Source of the DNA: Phoronis australis
Taxonomy: Eukaryota; Animalia; Phoronida
DNA length: 64,000 nt
Reading direction: 5' to 3'
Assembly: GCA_002633005.1 (NCBI GenBank)
Contig: NMRA01000389.1
Span: 186,001-250,000, forward strand
In this document: positions 47,501-58,755 of the stretch, piece after piece
Layout of the letters: each line of letters opens with the position of its first letter
Numbering within the stretch: the first letter of the stretch is position 1
Notes under the pieces: generated by a model
Seen by the model: the letters and a program-made list of their open reading frames with translations, nothing else
The model's database searches: none
What the model was told of the DNA's origin: nothing
Translations under genes and position numbers: made by a program

Positions 47501-49819
47501 CATGAAGTATTTTTAAAAATGCGAGATTGTCCGTGTATTCCATATTTAATGGAAGCCAGAGTGTTATAAGATGAATTGTGCATGGAATTTCTTTAGAGGT
47601 TTGATTCCAAGTAAACGGTATCAATTTTTTGTTTGATTTTCACATTAGTTGATAAACATGTGTTACAAGTCTAAAAAATATTTCTATTATGGCAGAAAAA
47701 TTAAGGCTGCAGACATTTGTTTAACCATGTTTACAATCACCTTCCGAACATTTCATACACTAATGGATCAATATAATGTCATCCACATCAATCAGAATCA
47801 CTGCAGGTTTCGAGAAATGTCATAATTTGAAATAATCTTCTCACTGGTGTGATATGAGTCATAACAAGGCTGCAGTACAAGGGATTATTGATTTATGACT
47901 AAAACTACCAAACAAAAACGTTTTAGATGTGCTCTTCAGGGAATTACACCAACTTGATACAGTAGTCTGTTACTGATAGATCAATGACACATTGTATGAA
48001 TATGACTGTACACTGCAGGTGGAGAACAAAGGTCAACATTGCAAAGCACCCTGTTCTATATTTCAGAGAATAACTCAACCATGCTAACATGAATTATGCA
48101 TTCTGGTTGTACATACCCCTCACCAGCTGCCTGAAGTACTAGGGTTTTTGCTGGCACTTCAGCAATAGCCGGCTATAATGTGCCTGTATTTTGAGAACCA
48201 GTTTGATGCCCGTTATTCAGTCGAGAAAACTGGTTCTCAAAATTAGGGCCTTTTCGCTATGAGCCCGTGAAGTAAACGGCTGCATCAGTCTTTTTTACTG
48301 GCACTTAGTTGGCGATTTGAGCTACCCCAAAACTTCAAACCCTTTCTTTTTATAGCACTTTTGCAGCCAAACCCGATATTTCAAAGGTCACAAATGCGCA
48401 AGAAAAAATGCATCCATGTTTATTTATAGCAGCAGCTAGAAATGTGCTCTGTGTCCATACCTATTGAAAGAGACCATAACAAATGCACCTCTAGTCAAGC
48501 GACATTCTAAAATTATTATCAGACCGAAACTTCAAGCAAATATATACAGTGAACTCTCATCCCATTTTGTTCCTACTTAATCTGAATTGACACTTCAAAT
48601 TTATACAGAATATTAAAATGCACACCATATCAGCAGTACTTCCCCCACCATCCCCTTTACATAGATTGCCCCCCAGCCATTACTTGAGACAAAAGATATT
48701 GTTAATAACAATCATATATTTAAGGAAGTACAGCAGGTACAACCAATATAACATTCACTTCCAGCAGGAAAGTATACTTTGAACTGGGCAGTTTTCTTCC
48801 ACATTATTAGGCAGGTTAGACGTAATCACAAAGTCAAAATACAGAGCAACACAATATTTCATTCTGCACTCACTGCTGGTAATTTTCACTTACAAACTCG
48901 AGCACCTCCGTACAAACCCAACATCAGAAAGACAGACACATGACAGCCTTAACTCCAGAACAACTTGCACTAGTGCAATTTACCTGGTACCCCACTTTTG
49001 AGTGGAGTGTCCACACACACGCACACGCACGCACACACACACACACACACACACACATCTGATAACTAGGGTATTTGCGAAGTTGTCACTCTGTGTGTGA
49101 CAATGAACACCAAATGCTATTACAGCGCACAAGAGAAAACCAGTCTGTATGTGACCGCAGCTGATAATTACCTCTGCCCTACCCTACTTTTGCAGCTACA
49201 CAGCTATTACAACTGGTGCAAGTTACCCTAGAACAAGTTACCCCACCTCAATAAGGTAAAGTAAGTTGTCACAAGTGGGGTAAGTTGCACTAGTTCAAAG
49301 CTATAGACAATCCAGAAGTAACCTGTTCCACGCTAAGTCTGAGCGTGTGTGGCATTTAAGCCATTGTCAGCTTAGCTAGATAGTGTTTCTGCTGAAATGA
49401 ATGTTAGACACAATTTCATGATAGGCTACTCGGCAGAACACACAAACTCCATTACAGAGCCTGTTAAGTAACCATATTATTGCCTGTACACATCTATCCA
49501 TCTCTTAAGTGCTGTGCTTCTGAGTTTCCATCGACCAAGCTTGCAGCGATTGGCTATCCAAGGAACATGGGTAACGGATGCGATATATCAAAACCTCTCC
49601 CCCATCAGAACCAGTCACCAATATTCAAAGTCAGAATACCAGCCAGAGATGCCAAAATACCCCTACCCAGACAATCACAGTCTTACACAGTGTCCTTCAG
49701 GGGGGCTTTAAGTCAACATCAGTACTCACCTGTGCTAACTTGTTCTTCTCATCGTGCGGTTTTGAATCAGATGAAGCTGCCAAGATCAGCACCATTAGAG
49801 ATGCAGCTAAGCCCTGCAT
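26366..49819 (-). CDS. FSTL5: Follistatin-related protein 4/5-like secreted protein, complete CDS, 16 coding exons, 898 aa
   Basis: Exons in transcript order: 49819-49730, 45134-45053, 39933-39715, 37284-37136, 36160-35974, 34397-34185, 32990-32827, 32441-32324, 31926-31768, 30602-30465, 29888-29620, 29051-28863, 28431-28251, 27744-27556, 27193-27029, 26550-26366; 2697 nt, all GT-AG and phase-compatible. Domain order signal, Kazal (PVCGSDGILYPSHCELHRSAC), EF-hands, 2 Ig, propeller ([19 protein letters not shown]) is the FSTL4/FSTL5 architecture. Probably a co-ortholog of both; the symbol is approximate. Confidence 0.9.
27029..27193 (-). CDS. FSTL5: FSTL4/5-like exon 15
   Basis: DDVTFIASLHHNGYDLFAST...YINLDNGKSDVIQ. 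Confidence 0.9.
27556..27744 (-). CDS. FSTL5: FSTL4/5-like exon 14
   Basis: GQIIVDC...LILDYITDSII...GQSFVTPDNRHFI. Confidence 0.9.
27760..28100. repeat. Degenerate minisatellite, unit about 41 bp, about 8 copies
   Basis: Recurring core cagtatcacttgaaat. Confidence 0.85.
28251..28431 (-). CDS. FSTL5: FSTL4/5-like exon 13
   Basis: VKDLFVPPS...KVDMKTL...DLAKYKCVPKHVAF. Confidence 0.9.
28863..29051 (-). CDS. FSTL5: FSTL4/5-like exon 12
   Basis: ILATELTPVQLHYEENMDQVWLMSW... Confidence 0.9.
29620..29888 (-). CDS. FSTL5: FSTL4/5-like exon 11, beta-propeller start
   Basis: MFATFHSNGYTVVH...[28 protein letters not shown]. Confidence 0.92.
30465..30602 (-). CDS. FSTL5: FSTL4/5-like exon 10, Ig2 C-half
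   Basis: SLQIRDV...DTGVYKCLAVNEAGRAQDISTLFV. Confidence 0.92.
30651..30807. repeat. Diverged tandem duplication, unit about 80 bp
   Basis: aaaacagtg...caaaatttaaaa...atgcagtgg.cgtct twice. Confidence 0.8.
31768..31926 (-). CDS. FSTL5: FSTL4/5-like exon 9, Ig2 N-half
   Basis: PSVQVYPPTQ...ISCRADGIPAPKLQWQVND. Confidence 0.92.
32324..32441 (-). CDS. FSTL5: FSTL4/5-like exon 8, Ig1 C-half
   Basis: NGMLFLSPVGLHHAGNFTCH...QTHQLRV. Confidence 0.9.
32827..32990 (-). CDS. FSTL5: FSTL4/5-like exon 7, Ig1 N-half
   Basis: SVELKCDVVGATRIIWERNGVDL. Confidence 0.92.
33208..33773. mobile_element. PIF/Harbinger-like MITE
   Basis: About 35-bp TIR GGGCTGTTCCAGYAAAATCTGTRTGGGAGGGGGG, 3-bp TGA duplication on both flanks, internal accaccc repeats. 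Confidence 0.87.
34185..34397 (-). CDS. FSTL5: FSTL4/5-like exon 6, EF-hand pair
   Basis: MFNYYDKNYDNLLDKWEL...DYLDIDEFHLAF. Confidence 0.92.
35040..35290. repeat. Degenerate minisatellite, unit about 33 bp; related block at 34440-34540
   Basis: Recurring tggttgaca...atgaa...gttcataag. Confidence 0.55.
35974..36160 (-). CDS. FSTL5: FSTL4/5-like exon 5
   Basis: ttgcag / GTATAG; ATTTLP...TCDQDSYKLFKDKLLEYHC. Confidence 0.85.
37136..37284 (-). CDS. FSTL5: FSTL4/5-like exon 4, basic low-complexity linker
   Basis: tattag / GTGATG; open frame VGDGKQHRHSTKKHERLHGKKK...; supplies the required phase 1 to 0 link. Confidence 0.75.
37309..38910. mobile_element. Helentron-like non-autonomous element(s) with internal array of roughly 400-bp units
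   Basis: Starts AAACAAGAGCAAC; aaaatggccact repeats near 37390, 37788, 38213, 38860; (GGAC)n at 38470-38500 followed by a hairpin and A-run. Confidence 0.7.
38908..39073. mobile_element. Fragment of a MITE with head-to-head arrays of about 16-bp units
   Basis: gaaggttc units switch to gaaccttc units near 38995; ends in cggaactgtaccc. Confidence 0.5.
39715..39933 (-). CDS. FSTL5: FSTL4/5-like exon 3, follistatin-N/Kazal domain
   Basis: CTNAVCPAGQKC...HPVCGSDGILYPSHCELHRSAC. Confidence 0.92.
42556..42877. mobile_element. Kolobok-like MITE
   Basis: TTAA on both flanks, AG...CT termini, long imperfect TIR (ttggctggctaaaaa...ggccttttgctctc / gagagcaaaaggcc...tttttagccagccaa). Confidence 0.75.
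45053..45134 (-). CDS. FSTL5: FSTL4/5-like coding exon 2
   Basis: ttctag / GTATGT; KHSGARSEPKYMSWNPSEERKDGDKEL; supplies the required phase 0 to 1 link, but no homology recognised. Confidence 0.7.
45802..46165. repeat. Interspersed repeat, inverted partner of 48950-49359
   Basis: aactagtgcaacttgccccagttgtgacaa and gttctaaggtaacttg match the reverse complement of 49215-49295. Confidence 0.75.
48950..49359. repeat. Interspersed repeat, inverted partner of 45802-46165, containing a (CA)n microsatellite at 49012-49057
   Basis: Reverse-complement similarity at both ends; CA run seen directly. Confidence 0.75.
49730..49819 (-). CDS. FSTL5: FSTL4/5-like first coding exon, signal peptide
   Basis: ttacag acceptor (exon starts 49827), acaATG, MQGLAASLMVLILAASSDSKPHDEKNKLAQ, GTGAGT donor. 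Confidence 0.8.
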
Positions 49820-51879
49820 TGTGATATCTGTAATAGACAAACACTCACAATGAGGTTCATTTGCCACAAATGAAAACGGTAAAAAGCTGGATCAAGTTGC
49901 ATTACACTAATCTAGACAAGGACAATCTGATTTTCAGTTATTTCAAGGGTCTTGATACTTTTTGTGAAATTTGGGAATTTAAATCGAAACAATGTTCACT
50001 AATTTGCAGCAAGATGCGCTCCGGAACACCGCATTTTTACTTTTCCATCACGGGTGGCTAATAACATGATTCCGGCAGTACTAAAATGAGGAATTAATGA
50101 TGATGACAAAGACGGTAAACAATTTAGACGATGTTAATAATGACAACAACTACAACAATTCTCATTCATAGTAAAATACAATCATGAAAGGATAAAAATA
50201 CTACCTAGGGACATCCTTTTTTACAATAGCGAGTGTCAATGTTTTGACCTGATGGAGTGACCCTCATAAAAATTGATTCATGAAATAAGGCAACTTTTAA
50301 CACTTCCTATTTTGTATGGTTATGTTGGTGTCAGACTGGAGCTCATATATTAAGTCTTCAATTACTTACTACACAATATGGCCGACAAGTGAAATTCTAT
50401 TTTGTCAAATTTTTTCCACAAAAATTCAGATAAAGAAAATTTTAGTCTATTACTAGCATGGCTTGTACTGTGTAAAACAACTTTTTGGTAAATTTTCCAT
50501 TATTTGCAGTGATGCAATTAGCCTTTGACAATCAGAAAAATGACTAAATTTTGATAAATATTTTTGTGTGAAAGAAAAAAGTGGAGATTAACAGTAGGTG
50601 TTATATTTTGGCTTAATAAATCTTTTCTTTCTTCTTAATTTTACTCTGCAGTTAGACATATTTGAATAAAGATTTTAGCAAGCTTATCGTTTAAATGAAA
50701 ACTTTATTTAGAACTTAACACAACACTATGATTAACAGTCGACGTAATCGGTTACTAGGTTGCCAGGTTTGCATAAAAATACGGAATTGTTGACACATGA
50801 AGAGAGAAAAACATGATGCTCAAAAATACTCTGTAACTGATCTTTATTTACAAAAACTAAATTTCCTGCGACTTTAATTCAAAACCCAAGGCAGCATCAT
50901 TTTGAAATCATTGTTGTGGTTCATGTTTTGGGATGGAATCCTTTGTTTTGGTTCTTTACTGCACCAAGTTAGCATTCCCAATGACACAACATTGTGCATG
51001 GCCAATAGTTTCTAAGGGAAGATTCAACACAAGGGAATTCAACTTGAGCTAAATAGAGCAGTGCAGCTATATTGAAATGATTTGCTTGATATTACAAAAA
51101 AATAATGTATGCTCACTTCGGTGGTTTACAAAAAAAAAACAATGCATGCTCACTTCCATGGTCGTGATAAGAGAAAATAGGTAAAAGGTGGCTAGACACC
51201 ATGAGATGATTGGATGCCATTATTAGGTCAAATTAGGTAAAGAGAGGTCAAAGGGGGGTAACTGTGATCACATTAGAAAGGAAAGCAAAAGTAGGTGTAG
51301 CGGGCAAATTAAGGTAATTCATGGGAAGGCAAAACAAAGATCTCAGTGGATTTTCAAATACATGTAGGTCACTGTATCACAACTATGCTGAAACATAAAT
51401 ACTGATCATGAAAAGTGACACCACTTCCCTTTCTAGGCCTACCTCGGCCAAAGCCTTTGGTAAAGGCCTTTGGCAATCACGCTTTGTTGACAATAGACCT
51501 TCGATTGAGTGCCAGGGTACCATTTGGTTGTGAAATGTGATGTAACACGGACCTGATGATGACACTCATCATTATCAACGAGGTCGTATCGGCTCTGTAT
51601 TACCAGAACCAACAGGGTCCAATACAATCGTGTCTTAATAAAATGGATGAAATGAAGGTTCTGAATAAAGCTCTCGTTCCTTTTCTCTTCCACTCTCAGG
51701 TCTGTGACGTGAGGCTATGTAACACACACCACACACACACAAACATTCACAATCACATACATTGCGCGCACAATGGCACACAAATTGAGGACGCAAGAGC
51801 ATGTATTTCAATTAGAGATTTGATGAGTACGGTACTGAAGGAAATACAAAGAAAATGTATTAAAACTGATAGCACTTAC

Positions 51880-52640
51880 CTCAGCCAGACGCACGACTGG
51901 AATCAGTGTAAGCGTAGAAGAAGAGTTGCCAATCGATAGCTGATGACTAATGCGCTGAAAGTTAGGCAGTTACATTGCTGCAAACGGGGGTGAATGAAGG
52001 TGACGGTGCGTCTCGCTGAACACATTGTTATAAATACAGCCGTAGTCTAAGTGATTTATGGGTTGCGTAGGGTCACAAGCCGTCTTCCGAATTACTCCAA
52101 TTTTGTCCCAGTTGATCATTCCTTCTTTTCGAGCGCGAACAATTTCCGATTTCGACCTGTGACCCTGGCGATTTGCAAAACATGCATGAAGTACATATGA
52201 TAATCTGGGAGTGAAGATTGATTTCTGGATCGAGTGCAAGGCTTACTGTATGAATTTGTCTGTCAAGCAATATCGTAATTTGGAGACCGAAATAAGGTGC
52301 AGGCCTTTATGTTTTAAGCAGTGTCCTAGTAGCTCGATCACTGGACAGTGGCTAAGGCGTCGGATTCCCACGGTGGCGATCGACAGTCGATGGGGGAAAA
52401 GTCTGCTTCTCTAATATCACTTCAGTTTCACGACTTGGCGGGTCGCAATAGGGAAATTGGGATGCCCTTTCTAATCGAATGGAATCGAAAATGGGGCCTC
52501 AAAAAGTCACCCTTTTCGAGCCGGGTTTTGGGGTTAATTGGCATCTCCGTCACCGCAGATCGATCTCGGCTAGTATACTATAGGCGGCGGAAACTATCTC
52601 ATTTCAGTGCGGCCGGCCTAGCTGCCTGACCCCTAGAAAT
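51880..52640 (-). promoter_or_regulatory. Probable non-coding first exon and CpG-richer promoter of the FSTL4/5-like gene
   Basis: Consensus donor GAG|GTAAGT at 51880/51879; the ATG exon has an acceptor 8 nt upstream of ATG and so needs a UTR exon; TATTTATAA near 52028-52036 on minus; CpG visibly enriched 52000-52640. TSS not determined. Confidence 0.55.
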
Positions 52641-55600
52641 GAATTCATCGTTGTCAAAGTGAGTTGGCCAACTATATCTTTGGCAAGGGAGCAAAGTTTT
52701 AAAATACAGATATCGGCATTTCACCCGCTGTTTAATTAGCTGACTAAAAAGAAAATAGAGCGCGGTCCAGGCTTTAAAATTCGATCAGTCGTACGCGCCT
52801 TACCAGTAACAGGACTGTTCACTAACCAGCTAAATATTACAAAATACAGCTTTAAAAGCATTCAAAACATGTCTGGAGTTGAAAAAGAAACCATTTGGGG
52901 GGTGATCTAAAACCCTTTTCCGTATCTATTCGCCCGTTGAAAAGTCACCCCGTCGGGGCGAGTCGTGAAAATTTCACCCATCTGTCAGCGACTCACGTCC
53001 CGTACGTATACCAGCGGTACCTAAGTGTTCTCATGGGCTGGGATCGAGTAGCAACAGTCCAGTCCCTCCTGCCATCCCCAGGGATCGAGTATTAGTCCGG
53101 GCGCTACTCCCGTAATCGATTAACCAACGATTTTAGTCGATGTCATACTAGGCTACTGCCTATAGTGCCGGGTTTTTTGACTACCGACTTCACTCGAAAT
53201 CCCACGTTTTCACCACCTGTGCTACTACAGCGGGATTTTACCTGACTCCGATATGCCCTGCTATGAAGAAGAAATAGTATGTATAAACAGCAAATAATGT
53301 AGACACATTTAAGGACCTTAACGTGTTATCAGATAACCAACTACTTGCACTACTTAAGACGAAATGGGGAAGGTGTCCAAGTTGTCCGCCACTCGTACTA
53401 ATCCCCGTACCCAATAAAAAATCACACAGACCTATGATGTGAAAACCGCGCATAACTTTTTATGGCTTCTATGAACCCGCCTGTTTCAAAGAAACTACTC
53501 TGATAGTCCTCTTTCCTCAATACAAGTTTAGTCTACTTTTGTTTATGTAGAAATGTCTTCTGGGCAGTTCGCACTGGCGGATCTAGAATACTGCAAGAAG
53601 GATAAGAAAAAAATATGCTTAAAATGACATACTGAATCGGATTGCATAACATCAGATGTTCATATCATAGAACTCTAGCCCTGGGCTAGATTTCAATGTC
53701 CATATCAGCAGTCTGTGATGATGTGACGTCATTGTTATTACCCAGCGTATGCAATCGGGCAGTGGTATTTTTTGGTCATGTCCGGCGTGCGATCTCACCG
53801 GTCTTCCCCTAACTTGAAACCTACATATGACCGCTCAAAATTATCACAATTGGCCTTATCTTGATCCTTGCACGACTTAGAAGTGATCGGGAAGAACTGA
53901 CACGCCTGCTATTCCTTCAGACCAAGTTCACTGCTGAACATTCCAAGTTATGCCATGGCCTGAAATTATATCAGTTTGGTATCAAGCAGTAGCAAACTCG
54001 GGTCTTTTCAAGTCCTGAAATTGCCTCTAATTTAACTAAGGAACAATTTCAGACTAATTTCATAATTGCTAGGGCTAAATAAATGAAAACCTTTTGACAG
54101 AAGGCACCGATCAAGTTAAGCTGGCTAAAAAAAACGAAAACTGAATTAAACCATTTACTCTCAGTCGTATTGGCGGTGACCTAATTTTCATCCAATTTTC
54201 AACTGAAAAGATTAAAATGCAAAATTACAAACTCTTTTTACGACAATATTCTGGACATTCTTAATATAAAAAATATTAGGCCAATTAAGTTCCCAAGCAT
54301 AGCTAAACAGATTGTATGGTATAATTGTAATTTAACCATTTATGGTAAATCGTTATTTTACCGAGATCTGTACAATGCAGGGTTAATCTTTTGTGATGAC
54401 AGTCGAAACAAAATTCTTAAATGGGAAAACATGAATATAAATTATGGCTAGAAGGGTGTTTCTATCGTATCCTTTCATTCGGTGACAACAATTTTGAGGA
54501 AAGTTGTAGGCGGGGCTAATAGAAGGCATAAATATTAGTTCATAAGTTACGATTAATATTTATTCATGTAGATAAGCCTATGTGTGAGTGTAAATGGGTG
54601 TACCAAAGTCTTTCCCCTTATCCCATTTCGTCCACCCCTCTTTTGTAATAATCTCATCAACACCCAATGCAATGGATATGAGCTTTGTTATTCGTTTTAT
54701 ACGATACATACTGACACCCAACCCCAGCCACGCTCGCTAATACGATTTCTGGGTAAATAAATTTCTGAAAAGGGAAAAAATTCTCATAAATCCATCTCGC
54801 AATATTCTTTGCCGTGATAGGAGTATTTCCGCTACCAAACCAAGTTACATGCAATGCGTACATGCGCCTTTTTCGAATTCACACCACTTTAGGTGTACTG
54901 CGCATATGCCTCCGTAACGGAACTCGTCAACACAAAAATATTTAACATTACACTACAAAGCATGATTTTGTACACAACATACACTAAACGTTGGCATAGG
55001 TTCAGTGGAAATACATTTAAAGTAAAATGCTATTAGTTATTGTCCAAAAAATCGCTGGTGTCATCTTTTCCTCTTTTTTGTTTATGTGTTTTGTTTGTGG
55101 CAGGATTTCAATAGCTAAATATTTGATTATGTAAACGACAACTAGCGTACAGTTCGCGATTACGATTTCTGACGACATCCACTCTCAAAAATTACCGTAG
55201 GCTACGAACTAGTCAGAGGGCCTTTTTTGAATTCTCACTAGTTTCATGAAGTTTTCGTACAGTTGTCTGATGACGAATTCGCACGCAGATTTTCATGATT
55301 TCATTATCTACTTCTTCGAAATCTTTGATGATAATTAACCAGTTCGGTTTCCAAGACCGCTCGCTAATGTTTTGAAGAGTTTAGGGCGAAGTTTCAGAGT
55401 CGCACTGTGTCTTTAATGACGAGGAATTCAGTTAGAAGGCCTACACGTCCCCGCTTCCAAATCAAATTGAAGTTTTTCATAGAGAGCGAGTTTGATCTTT
55501 GGGCCGTCTTAGCTAAATGTTGGTGGATGGAAAGCTTTGGAGTGTGGTTTTATTTCGCTCCTATGTACCGACATGCAACATGAAAGGCTGGTTAATAGTC

Positions 55601-55977
55601 CATTATACCTTGTGTTGAGGATGGTTTGCTCATGGAAGTGGCTCTATGGACGTCATGGAACAACACGGATCTCGCACTCACAAAGTTCACGGCTCAGGCG
55701 CGATGATAAACTCAGCTCACCGACTCGTAAATCCCGCGTCACAAACACTGCTCACTACCACGTACATGGTGTCAGACTAACAAAACACATTTTACCCAAC
55801 CAAAAACATTGCTCCCGAGCTCACAGCACGCCGACGCACCATATTCGTGAGTTCTGACACGAGTATGTGATTGAGTCGGTGAGTATGCCGTCCGTTTTTT
55901 TTAGTACGGCACCGTGTTTGGTGGTTGGAAACCCGTATTTGCAAGCGTATGAAGCGTCCGAAGGGTTCTCAAACCAG

Positions 55978-56387
55978 GGCCCGGTCTCTAATCTTTGTAC
56001 TCGAAACAACTCGAAACTATTTTTGGCAATTTCTCTGCTGCTTTTGTGCGATCTTAAGATAATTGGTTATCAGACTGTGCTCGAATACATTATACTTTAT
56101 GCCTGCATAGGAGTTTCTAGTTCAAGTTTTCCCTTGAAGACCCTTATCCCGCGTGCTACAAACTCGAGTAAAAACTCTAAATTTCGAGTCCAAACTCGAA
56201 CTTATTGCTTTAATATTGGGTTTACAAACTATGAACTAAGGGCAATAAATTATCTACGTAAGTTATTGTGTACTCGAGCATAGAATAATAGACACTTATC
56301 TTGAGGTCGCCCAAAAGTAGAATAGAAAACTGAATGCCAAACCTAATTTCGAGTTCCATTTCGAGTAAAAAGATTGGAGACTGGGCC
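55978..56387. mobile_element. PIF/Harbinger-like MITE
   Basis: TIR GGCCCRGTCTCYAATCTT, CAG on both flanks, long internal inverted arms. Confidence 0.82.
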
Positions 56388-58749
56388 CAGAACCTTTCTG
56401 TGTGTTGAAATGTGCTCAATCTACCCGTACTTTTGCTTAAACTACGGGGCTACTAGGTTCAGGCCCACTAATTGTGCATCCGCGCCGACTTCCCGTCGAT
56501 TTTGTCTCGTTCACTCGTACTTTTTGTTTCACTGAGGTAGACCTTTTTGCCCAATTCGCCAAATTTTGGGGGGTCTCATTCTAGACCCTCCTGGGTGCGC
56601 CCATGCTTACTGACTTTCTTATTTGGAAAGTCGCTAGAGTTGATACTTGGGCAGTGAGATTGTGTTTGTTGCTGCTACCCAGCGAACATCAGCATGTAAT
56701 TAGTGAAAAGACGACCAATTTGCGTCGTTGGAAATATTGTCGAGGGCAACTAAAGCCAGAATAGATCAGAGCGGTCTAGTCTCAGCTACACGCCACCACC
56801 ACCACACTGGTACCACCGAATTTTGTATACTAGGCGTGTGAGCCTGGCCAAATCGTGTCATTGGCAGTTCTCATGGTGAGAAGGCAAACCTGCGGCTTGA
56901 TTTGGTGGTCTGACGTCAGATCGGAAACTAGCATGTTTATGACGCTGTGCTAGCAGCGCACCGACAGATCACTGAGAAATCTGATGAGGTTTCAAATAGG
57001 ACTTTCTCCGATTCCGACGCTTTCTACTCAGGCGGCATGCGAGCGCTGTAGGCGGACGACAAATGACAGACCAAAGTCTCATTTATCAAAGGTTGTAAGC
57101 ACGTCGTCAACTATTGCGAACACGATGTTGGGTTTCTTTAGCGAGGAGCAAGAGCGTTTAATATCTGATAAATATTTTTAAACCGCATATCACACGTACA
57201 GTCTGTCTTCTGATAAGTCAACATATTTGACGTGAAAGCAACCTCGAACCGTGGGTTAAATCAATCCAAAATGCAGTTGTCCGGGAGAAAACCGTTTGTG
57301 AGACACCCAAATGAAATGCGATTCATGTGAAAAGAACAGCTTCGTTAGAATTGAACTGCCGATCACCTCCGATTAACAAGAAAAGTGAAAGCAGTTTGAG
57401 AAAATCGCGGTGGAACGGGCAACCCTGCACCCTTTTCCATTTTATTACCTTCATTTTTTAAATTATTCGCCAACTTCTGGTAACGTTTGATCTGATGACT
57501 ACACTGTAAGGTGACACAACACTTTTCTTACTACGAGCCCTTGGTCAAGGGGTTTTTCACCTGCGAGCTTGCGTAGTACAACCATTATCGCTTGTGAAGG
57601 CGACCAAAATTAAGACTAAAGTAAGAATGGTTCCTCCTTCTTTATTATAATCCCAGCAGCCCGAGAACAAAGATCTGTTCACCTGCATAGGGGCGTTCTC
57701 AGGCTAACGTCCCGCGTGATTACCTGAATCCATGCATTTATGATAGCTAGGACCAGTATGTAATCTCTTAGAGAATATCAAGCCCCTCTTTGGGAATGTT
57801 TGTGTACTAGCCTCCTTCCCTCTTTGACATTCATTACCTACAATACTGTACGGCAGCACAAGAGCACTTGTTCAGTTGTTCACGGATGGCGTGCTGATCA
57901 TTATTTTAAGGGGAAAATATTTCGGCACTTTAATACCACTCACAAGGGAATGCAACCTTTTTGAGGTTAGCTTAGTAAAATACACATCCCCGTTTTACCT
58001 TAGAAACGTATATTGTTCGTGTTCATTACTGTTCCCCTGGCGGGTATTTTACTCATGGCAAAACAGTAAGTGATGTAAACGGCCCAGCAAAAGGTCTGCA
58101 TCATATGGTCCTGCACTTACTTCTATTGAGAAAACAATGACCAGCTCCCTACTGAACAGTCAGTGCAAGTCATTCCTCGTTGCTCAATGGAAGTGAAGGC
58201 AGAACCAAGATGCTGGCCTTTAAAATGCGCATGTATGTGTAGCTCATTTGGCACCAATTCAAGATTGGATGGGCCCAACATTTTAAACCCCACTGCACTT
58301 CAGTTAAGACATCAACATTGATGGCTTAACAGGTGAAATGTAGTTTTACTGTTGCATAGCCAGTTGCAATGCTAACAACACAAAATTGACAAGCTGGATT
58401 TAACACAATAAATTGCTCTTTTCTTTTTTGTCTCAGTTAAGAAACATATATAGCAGTCCAATCTTATAAAACTAGGTCAACCATATAATGTGTTCTTTTA
58501 CCTCTCAGCAATGAAGGGAGAGCTTAGCCCTGGATATGCCTATTCACTCTATTACAAGCTACCACAACCTCTAACCATCTCCAGCTGGAGAGATTACAAT
58601 CATGTAAAAATGCAAGTCAACTGGTTATTAACTGCACAGGAAAACTACACAGCTACTTTGTTATCTATGACATCAATCTAACAAAGAAAGTTTGGTGACC
58701 AAAGCCCCCTGAACCCACACAAAGTGACAATGCAACACTGATTGCAATC

Positions 58750-58755
58750 TTTATT
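58750..58755 (-). terminator. Candidate polyadenylation signal of UBE2D
   Basis: AATAAA on minus followed by GT-rich sequence, about 1.2 kb after the stop; another AATAAA at 59632-59637. Confidence 0.4.

Noticed and set aside
51940-51962. CTGATGA...GAAA hammerhead-like core (CTGATGA also at 46232, 55268, 56981, 63312)
   Set aside because: No stem II or III pairing around the core
51880-51969. Open frame before the 51880 donor as the first coding exon
   Set aside because: The only ATG is followed directly by TAA, and joining to 49827 is out of frame with the signal-peptide ORF
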